Assembly (NCBI RefSeq): GCF_037042905.1
Contig: NC_087252.1
Span: 11,780,001-11,844,000 of the forward strand
Reading direction: 5' to 3'
Source: Lytechinus pictus
Lineage: Eukaryota
DNA: 64,000 nucleotides
Shown here: piece by piece, positions 54,795 to 64,000 of the stretch
Position numbering within the stretch: position 1 is the stretch's first letter
How the letters are laid out: the number at the start of each line of letters is the position of its first letter
Notes under the pieces: generated by a model
What the model saw: the letters and a program-made list of their open reading frames with translations, nothing else
Database searches by the model: none
Told to the model about the DNA's origin: nothing
Program-made: the position numbers and the translations under genes

Positions 54795-56059
54795 TTCTGT
54801 CAGGGATCATGGTAAATTACTTTTAGTAAAATAAAACATAGCTTTGGAGGTAATCGAACCATAGTGTTCATTATAATGAAGATAGGTTTTATATTTTTGC
54901 ATTTTATTTATCGGACGCTACTGAGGGTTCTTAGGCAAAACTGAACCTGTAAAACAAATGTACTTTTGCGGGATATAGGTCATCCGTCAAGCGCTAATGC
55001 ATTTGCTTCGCAGCGGCACGGTTGTACCCGTAGTCACAAGTTATTCAAGTCTTAAGCGGACCCTCTCTTAAATACATGGTCTAAATACATATTAAAGAAC
55101 TATACGATTTTATTGAAATAACAATTGATTCTCATGCTGATGAAAACTTTGGTACATGTTGCATTTCCGGAGGTGTATTATGGAACCTCGAATATTTTAT
55201 TTTTTATTCAAAAATACGATGTGAATCTAAAAAAATGATCAGTTACAATTGACTCACGTCTTTCACATTACTGTAGTGTACAAAGCACTGTACATGTATA
55301 GAGCAAAAATAAGCCGAAGAAGCAAGATTTGTATATATGTAAAGAGCAAAAAAAGAAAGAAAAAAAAAATCAGATGCCACACCTGATGGGGCACACTTGG
55401 CGCTCGCCTTTAAGATCGTGCATAATGCGGCACATATCTAAAGAAACCTTCTGCACTGCTTTTCCACCCAACCACTGTGCAGACATACGCCAAAAGAAGA
55501 GGAAACAACAACTGGAGGAAAAGGGTTAATTTCCTGTATTAAGAGCAAAAAAAAAAATAAAAATCATCTTCGATGGTGCACACTGGGCACCCACCTTTTA
55601 TTTTAAGACACCTTGCGCGCACTCATGTATCTATATAGGTTCTTTTTCATATATCCATGCACATCATCACATGTGATCTTACCTGGCCTAATTTTATTGC
55701 TAAAATCAACCTCTTCCAATTCCTAGAAAAGATAAAACCAAAAAAAAAAAAAAAAAATCAAGAACACCAATTCGCTTATTTCATATCTACCATTGATCAA
55801 CTATGTACTACACTTCGTTTAAGACAGTAACACACTATGTTCGAAAAATATGATTTTTTTTTTAAGCAAGTTAGCTCATTAGTCGGGAGAAATATCAGTA
55901 CGTTCATATTTTGTTGATATGTGGCGGTGATGTATTTTGTTTCTCTTGATAATATTGTAACAAACTTTCTTCATTCCAAAGAAGAAAACAGAGCGGGAAT
56001 GTTTTCGCCTTTCTAACTATTCAACAAGGACGAACCAGCAATTAAGTGAATACATTATT

Positions 56060-59000
56060 CTACTGAATCTGATGACAGGTGTTGTTGTTGAGTTCATTAC
56101 CATTAAAGAACCAGTTTATTGAGGCTGTTGGTCTACTATCTGATCTACATGTGAGAATGGAATCAACGCTGTCTTGGGTGCCGAGTTCACGACGAACAGA
56201 GTAGTGCAAAATAATAGGAGGATCTAAAAATTAGAGAAAAAGAAATAGGATTGGTTTCACGAAAGACCGAGAGATCACTTATGTTATTTCAATATCCTTT
56301 CGGATAACACATTTAAAGGTATATACATTTTCAAGTTTTTTTCTGCTATAGTTAAGAGCTATGAATTAAGACGACACGATTATAAATGACAATTTTTCTT
56401 CACATAACGACGCCGTAAGGTTTGATATTGAATTCAATTTGAATTCAGCCTATCTACCGTATACCTTCCTATTAAGAAATAATAAAAAAAAAATGAATAT
56501 TTGAAAAATCTTAATATTTTAGTATTAAAAAAAAGATTGTATCAGTATTTAGGAAATCTGTAAAAAGTGAATCATTGCTTACAACGAATTAAAACGATTT
56601 GTTTAATATTATAAGTTTGATGGAACATTCCTGATTATGGCGATTGGAAATCAAGTATGATTGTAATGTATTCATTAAGCAAAGCAATGCGAAGGTAGAA
56701 TAATGATGATGAATTATTTTCACCACTAAATGATCGAACTGCTATGAAAATTATTTGATCGAAGTTTACGGATAAGACTTACAAAGGACATGAATGACAT
56801 CATTAACACTCTGAGGCTTCATAGATACATCGTTCGGTTGAAAGACCTGACAAACTATAGATCTCCCATGATCATCCTTCTTCTGAGTGAGTGTGAGTAC
56901 ACTTCTTGCATCAAATCGATTATAAGTATTCAAGGAGGACTGTCTTTTAGATTTGTTGGTGACATTATTTGCTTCAAGATACCACTGGAAGGTTGGTTCT
57001 GGGTAACCATTGTTTGCTGTACAAGTTACGTTAGATGACACACCATCCTGTAAGCTTTGTGTTCCATCGAGAATAGGAGGATCGGATGGTCCTGTGATTT
57101 TTTTTTAATAAAGCGAAAAGTGATACGATATCGGTAGCAAAATAATCAAGTGGAATTTGATTAAAGGCTATAGATTGTAGTAAAAAAGAAATCCGAAACC
57201 CTGATACAAAATGATTTGTTAGGGATTCTTACAGTTTAATCTCTATTTTCCAAAAAGCACCAATTATTATCTTTATTGAAAGCGATACGTCCATGTCGCA
57301 GATGTATCAAAACGCCTGGCAACTGCTACCCAATTATCAAATATGATTTTATCACAGGGTTTCCGATAAGTGTTGCCTATTAATGTGCGGTAAATTTGTG
57401 AATTACAGTGTACTTAAGATATGTAGGGATACCTACCATTGACCATTACCATTAACTGTGTTTGACGCTGGTTCATTCCAACAGTGGCCACACACCGAAG
57501 ATATTGATGGTGGTGCTCCCTCTTTGGATTCAGCTGAAGCGAAGACTCTGTATCACGTAAACCTTTATCATTCTGATTTGTTCTAGACGTAGAGGTCGTC
57601 CTTCCGGGATCTCCATCCAACCCAACTGACCATGATATAACTGCTGTCGGCCGAGATCCTACACTTGTGCAGATGAATGGTGTCATTGCGTTTTCAGAGA
57701 TAGTCACGCTTCTTGTTCCAGCCTTGGAGATCGTAATTTTATTAGAAGTTGTAAGCAACAGATCACTAGGCGAAACTACAAATGCCACAAAACAAAATAA
57801 TCGTAAGCACTTAGAATAAAACGCAGTAGAACTGATTTTTTTAAATTTTTTTATTTCCTTCATATTTATAGATGTACATAGAAATAGTCAACCGGATTCA
57901 TTTTTTTTTCTTTGTCCCTCATTTATATTCCTTTCATTCATTTAAATGAATATGTTTCTGCTTTGGTTTCTCCCTATATTTGTTAGATTATTTTAATGCT
58001 AAAAAGTGGTGATTGGCAAAACAGCCTTAGGCAACATGGTAGGTTTAACCTAAAATGTTTCGGCTGAATAGTGCACTTTCTAGTAACATAAAGGTGTATT
58101 GAAGTTTGACTGTACAAACAGTGAAGATCAATGAAATAATATCAACCATTTATGACATCTAGAGGTAAACATTGTGAAGGTGTGCTAATAAAAAATTCCG
58201 AAAAAATCATTTGAAATGGAGAAATGTGTTATAGTTGAACATTGGGTCCTCATCTTCATTTGGATATACACAATGTCAACATTAAATAATATCAAACGCA
58301 AAAGTAAATAATGTGTGTTTGAGACTGTGAGTGGGTGTGCGGTTGTTTATAAAGAAGTAAAGACCTTTAATGTTAAACATACTTACCCTGAACCTCTACA
58401 CGTACGGTTGTATTGAGACTCTGATCTAGTTCCCGATGTAAAGCAACACATGTTAAAATCTTTCCATCGTCATCCCTAGACGGTGTTATTCCAATAATTC
58501 TACAAGATGCGTAGGTATCACCCTTAACAGTATTGAACTGTTCCCCTAGTACGATCGCTACTCCACCAGGATTTTGCCACTCCAGTTCTGGAGGTGGTCT
58601 AGCACCTTGGACTGTACATGTTAGACTGTGGGTTCGTCCAAGTGTAAGGGTTACTGATTCTCCATCAGAGTAGTCAGAGCGGTTGTCTGTAATCAACAGC
58701 GAGCTAGGTTTGACTGAATGTTAAAGGGAATAGGTCATGGAAATGTTAATCTATATGTACAATTTAGTGTTCATTACCGAATAAAATGTCACTTAAGCAG
58801 ATTGTTCTGTAAAAAACATTTTGGTAATCATTTTCATTCGTGATTCAAACTGTACAAATAAAATGATACGCGAGAATCGAAGTGAGCAATAATGATCAGA
58901 TCTTTGATACTATTGTCATACTAATTTATTCTGAACATTGCGATGGTTTGTGAAATATTGCGTTATTAAAGTTCTTTGATTTCTTTTGATCAATACGGAT

Positions 59001-59490
59001 GGACTTATTATTTCTTTGAAACTATTACGCACACTTAAAAATCAAAATCAAATCAATAAAACGAAAATGATGCAAAATATTTACCTGGTGACAGTACCCT
59101 CAGTTCAATCAAACCTGGAAATATATCAGCACTGGTGGCAACCAAGCAACGATATCTGCCGCTGTCAACTACCCCTAGGTAACTTATTGTCAGGTTTCCG
59201 CTCGAAGAATCAGAGACCAAACTGTACTTGGACTCATCTGAAATGTATTTCTTGTGTGTAGGTTCTTTCCCGTCACCTGTATCCCTTGCTATGACCGCGT
59301 TTCTGTTTTCCACATGAAGCCAAGATAAAACACGATGTTCGGATGGGGGCGTAAATGCGCAAACAAGAGTTATATTCTTGCCAACAACCGGGAGAATATC
59401 AGAGTTCTGCAGAAAGGTAGATACGTTCATCCCATGTGTCTTATGAAAGGTAAAGATGACAAAGACCATTATATGAACTGAGAAATTCAT
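56060..59490 (-). CDS. Cassette C2: fused signal peptide+V-Ig exon, C2-set A, B, C, truncated I-set D
   Basis: Exons: L+V 59490-59085 (MNFSVHIMVFVIFTFHKTHG...LVC...SW...DSGRYRC), A 58713-58387, B 57775-57437, C 57091-56783, D 56223-56060 ending in TAG after HQIQ, before the second Cys. Confidence 0.83.
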
Positions 59491-60017
59491 TCTTCGTCCC
59501 GTATTTTAAGTCCAGATTTATTTTCCGATTGTATTAAAACAATATACCACCTATTCAGCTCAATATGTGAAATGAGCAGGAAGCGGTGTTTGCTTTCGAT
59601 CAGCTATAAGCTGCCAAGGTATGGATTGACCTTTTTCAGTCACAGCGAAAATGAAAGCATTTATGCTTCAAGTAAAAGGTAGAATGTGGGATAATTGATT
59701 GCTCCTGCAATTAATCATTTATTTGAGTTCTATTCAAGGTTATTATCTGTAAAGCTTTAATAGGCAAATGCAATAAAGGTACGAATCAACTAATTCTGGC
59801 AAGAGGGCGAATAATTGTTTTTCATTCGATACAATGAGAGCCCTTGTATCAATTGTTTTCCAAATAAGTTTACTTTGTCGTGTATTATCATTAGGAATGT
59901 CCAATGAAAATGATAGCAAAATAATTTTAATTGTAAAACAATTGAAATGGATTGAATTTTTTTTTTTTTTATTGATAAATCAAACATTTGTGCACCCTTA
60001 ACCGGTCTTAATAAATG

Positions 60018-63000
60018 CTACCAGGCAACAAAGAGAGTTGAAGATGTCGTCTGATTTTGGTCTACGAAGAGCCATGATGGTTGATTTGGGATGGCTGAAA
60101 TAAAAGAGGAATATTTTTTTCTCAGGAAAATGGTTGGGATTATGTTGTCATTGAGACAAGTGACAAAATCATATAGGCCTTAAAACACACCCCAATATTG
60201 GGACCAAAGCTAAAAAGAATTCGTTGTCAATGCATGTCGAAATATACATAAATACCTGTGTAATTCTGAAGTGAAAATTATAGTTGCACAATTCTGCAAA
60301 TCTTCATGAAATTTCATTTCACAATTTATTACTAAGGCTTTAACTATTAATACTCACATGATATGTTCAACACCATGCTTGCATTCATTGAGAGTTCCAC
60401 GAGTGTTGTAGGCTGAACTGCCTGACAAAGAAGATGTTTTCTATGGTCAAAGCTATTTGGTATGAAGATCAGAGTGCTTTCAGCATCATATCGATAAGTG
60501 CTGTTGATGGATGTCTTCAGAGTTGAATTGCACGTGATGTTTCTTGACCCGATATACCAGTGGATGAGAGGAGCAGGGTATCCATTGAAAGCTGTGCAGG
60601 TTATTTCGGTTCTTATACTGGCTTGAAGATCCTCTGGGACCGTCAGTTTAACATAATCCGGAATGGCTTGAGGTGAACAAAATAAAGTAGTGAAATGTAA
60701 GATAGGTAGAACTTGGTGTAATAATGCATTTGGTCGGTACCGACGAGCATATCCTCAACTATATTTAACGTACAAATGAACCTATGAGCTTAAATGAAAA
60801 AGCCAACGTGGCCTTTGAAATCTCAGCAAAGGAACTAACAAGCTATTAGTTTTGATGATGTTGAAATATTTGGCAAACAAATTATCAGCCTGTTTTGGGT
60901 TTTAGTTTGTGAAGTATACGTTTGCAATGGAAGAACATATTCAAGATACACCGTAACTCACCGTACACCATCAATCTCGCTACCGCTTGATCAACAAACT
61001 TGCCATCAATATATGCGTTGCATTGAATGTTCTGTCCGTGGTCCTTCTTCCCTGGTAGTATTGTGATGGAAGTCTCAGAGTCAACCACATTATCATCTAA
61101 GACAACACTACGAGTCTTTGTGATGTTTAGAATACTAATGTTGCCAGTAGGAAAACACCATTCTAATTCAGTCGCTGGGAATGATCCAATCGCTTTACAA
61201 GTGACTGAAGTGGTTGACTCTTCTTTAATGTATAGACTTGTAGACGAAGTTCCATGTTCTTGGTGGCCTTTAGCGCGAGGAACCAACAGCAGCATGCTAG
61301 ATGGTAGAACTACAAGATGAAGACAGCGGATTGACATACGAAACTTATTAAATCACCTAAAATCAACTTAAAGCTTTGAAAAATATTCGAGAAACAGAGA
61401 AAAGACATTGAGATGGTCAGTAGGTTTTGATCACCAAAAAAAGCTTACACTTTACATGCTTATTGTTATTTATATTATACCACCAAGCAAAGGACACAGG
61501 CAGAGGATAGTATGGAATATATAATGACATATTCTTTCCTTCCTAGGTAGTACTTACCATGAACATTAAAATGAACAGATATCTGGAGATTTTTTTGAAG
61601 TTTTGGATGTGATGCAGTGCACTTAAGTATCCTTCCTTGGTCATTCCTAGAAGGTTTGATTGTTACAATTTTTTGGGAGATATATAGGTTGTAGTTGTCT
61701 CGTATGGTATTATTCTGATCACGGGATAAATATATTACATCGTAGGGTATATGCCATTGTAGTACTGCAGGAGGCCTTGCCCAGTATGCTTCACATATAA
61801 TGTTAAGTTGCTGTCCAGCTGTTACTGTCATAGTCGTGTTGTGAAAGTAAGGACGGCTCGATCTTTCGTCAATTATACGAATCCTCAAGGGTGGAGCTGT
61901 TGACAGAAAAAATATAAAAAATACATGTAGGCCTATTTGATTTTGACAGGACTTAATTTGAATGGTCTGAAAATAATGAAAGCTTTTTTTGGAAGGAATA
62001 TAATTGTCTAAATTGTGTCGCCATTCTTAGATTAATGACACTAGGGAAATTTATTGTCATTAGCTTAGTATATTCAATTGTCGCCCAGGAAGAACAGTGC
62101 CAAATCTATCGGAGGGGGTTTAGGACGCAGTGCATTGCAGCTCATCGTCTTTGGGCCGCACCAACAGTACTGGTCAAACCCCCCTTGTAAAAAGCTAGAT
62201 CCGCCACTGCAATCCGACCACAAATTCTCCTCTCAATTTTAATATCCCAATATCGTTGTTGCAATTTACTAACCTGGTGAAAATGGCGTTACATGTATGC
62301 TCCCGCTTCCAGGTTTCTCATTTCCGTATGTGCTGCTTAATGAGCAAGTATAATTATCGCTATCATTTTCATCAAGATTTCTAATGGTTAAATTTCCACT
62401 CGAATTATCAGCCGACAAGCTGAACTTCTCTGGGTCAAGATAGGTTGACACAATGCAATCCCTATACGGTAAACATAAATGAGAGGCCACCTCGACAGTG
62501 CCACCCTTGGTCCAGACCACTCGCCGATTTCTTGATTCCGGTGTGAACCAACAGAACATCGTAAAGTCTTCACCGATGACCGGAAGAGACTTGTCTGTCT
62601 GGATAGACACTTCAAATGCATGGTTTCCTGTATGGATGAGACGTAGGATTCGTTGGAGCAAAATCCACGATAAACATGATATATATGAAGTGATGTAATG
62701 ATAAATACGACCTACCCTCTGGCATAGCCAAATGTAAGGATAGACTGATAGGGCAAGATTGGGCACCCAAGTATTTATATTTACGTGTTGGGTCATGGGG
62801 TTCAAATTTAAATTGTGTGGATTATGCCACTAATAATGGGAAAAGGCTTAAACAACTCTACTCTACAAACCTTCGATAATAACCAAATTAGTGCACAATA
62901 TGTTTCCATAGCGCTTCTCCGGGTTGGTTATTCTAGGTCCCTCTTCAATAAATTTATTTTGCAACAAGGATAACAGATTTGTATTTCCTTTTAGCACAAC

Positions 63001-63559
63001 TTACGTTGGGTTGCCTTAGTCATGTGCCTCCTTTTTGGACACGTTTCTGAGGTGATCAGACACCGGTGGATAAATATATTGCATAATAAGAGCGACCTCA
63101 ACTTCTTTATCCCTAATCACTTACACCTAAGTAGATCGATGCTCAGTTTAATTTTTCACATATTCGATAAAGTTCCATGACTATAAGTTCTGGGATTCCA
63201 CGGCAGCACTTGTGTCCTTTCGGCAAGGCGTTCATCTTCATTTGCCACTCATGTGTAGTAAATGGGTACCCGGTAGGAATGAATTCCTTGAATGCTCGAT
63301 GCGCCCGTTCAAGGTAGTCGTTCTAAAGCCGGGTTAATAATATGCAGAGCTTAGAAATATTTGTATTAAGTGCTAAATGATCCATATTATTTTTTTATTA
63401 TTGCTAAGTCTAGGTCTGTTTACATTCTACAATATCTACTTAATACACTCATATATAGGCCTACACCTATGCTACAATAAGTAATTAAGTCTAGGTAAAC
63501 TTACCAAAAGAAATGGCAGGGCTCAGCAATAGATAAATAATTTGAAAAATGACCTCCAT
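60018..63559 (-). CDS. Cassette C1: leader + V-Ig + C2-set A, B, C + truncated FN3 terminal stub (nephrin/Sidestep-like IgSF ectodomain)
   Basis: Exons: leader 63559-63505 (MEVIFQIIYLLLSPAISF), V 62627-62274, A 61896-61558, B 61309-60962, C 60666-60358, FN3 stub 60094-60018 (AIPNQPSWLFVDQNQTTSSTLFVAW*). AG/GT boundaries, phase 1, open frames with Ig C...W...C pattern. No D exon. Confidence 0.85.
63130..63402 (+). mobile_element. Degenerate SINE in the C1 leader-V intron
   Basis: TGTGTCCTTTCGGCAAGGC core, AAATGGGTACCCGG and TAT-rich tail. Related fragments at about 2873-3042 (+) and 8420-8600 (-). Confidence 0.55.
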
Positions 63560-63751
63560 GACTATAGATATCGACAAATATCAAGCTGAGAATATGAGAA
63601 CAAGATACGATCGAGTGCATTATGGTGTTTAAGAATCCATATTGATTTATAGCTCTGTAAACTAGTATTATAGAATCGATACAATAGTGATTCAGTTTCA
63701 CAACACCAATAAGACATCAATTTAAAATGACATTTTGCGTGACTTGATGAA

Positions 63752-63769
63752 TGAATAAGGGGGCGCTCT
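63752..63769 (+). promoter_or_regulatory. CTCF-like CGCT motif upstream of C1
   Basis: tgaataAGGGGGCGCTct, about 200 bp upstream of the leader ATG. Confidence 0.45.
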
Positions 63770-64000
63770 TTGTTGTATGGGTTATTTAAAATGGAAGTCT
63801 TTGCAACCGCTTCAATAAGAACCGGAAATATACTTTGACAAACGATAAGTGGCTTTGGATAAAGTTATTACACTGCTTTAGTGTGTTATATTCAGCAATA
63901 AAGAATCTCACAGATGGAAATAATTTAAGGAATATTGAAATAAAGAAATACAGATCTTTATTTGTTTTTATTACGCCGAGGCTTTTACAAGTGTTCAATA

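Noticed and set aside
4948-62805. ORF-track starts and ends as true protein termini
   Set aside because: Most listed ORFs extend into intron sequence on both sides. Real boundaries are the phase 1 AG/GT sites.
1-63559. One giant multi-Ig gene (hemicentin/titin-like)
   Set aside because: Signal-peptide leaders with ATG, repeated upstream regions and stop-containing stubs recur between the Ig blocks.
1-64000. V(D)J-type rearranging locus with recombination signal sequences
   Set aside because: V exons are complete through the G strand with their own donors. The CACAGTG/CACTGTG heptamers I checked (54, 18292, 54050) lie inside exons and lack a correctly spaced nonamer.

Overview
AT-rich, intron-containing animal genomic DNA. 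Its SINEs and G-run MITEs resemble echinoderm (sea-urchin-type) repeats; this is inference, no database search was run. Almost all coding signal is one minus-strand tandem array of 11 immunoglobulin-superfamily cassettes, numbered C1 (63.5 kb) to C11 (6.6 kb) in transcription order. Each cassette has its own signal-peptide leader and a V-type Ig exon (leader fused to V in C2 and C7; no ATG found for C10). These are followed by up to four further Ig exons from a fixed series: three C2-set-like exons (A, B, C) and one I-set exon (D). The full architecture is nephrin/Sidestep-like V-C2-C2-C2-I-FN3. All intact Ig exons are phase 1-1 and free of stops. Only C11 is followed by a complete FN3 exon, which runs to the left edge. 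Six other cassettes end in truncated FN3 stubs, and no intact transmembrane exon is visible in the 64 kb. A co-oriented CTCF-like AGnnGGCGCT motif lies about 200-260 bp upstream of most leader ATGs. V-domain variability concentrates in a disulfide-pinned C'-C'' loop and the F-G loop. Main hypothesis: a clustered-protocadherin/sDscam-like promoter-choice Ig locus with many variable cassettes and a shared 3' constant region. Alternative: an array of secreted or GPI-linked paralogs next to one membrane receptor. Spacers contain MITEs, tRNA-SINEs and LINE tails. Exon boundaries were read by hand.
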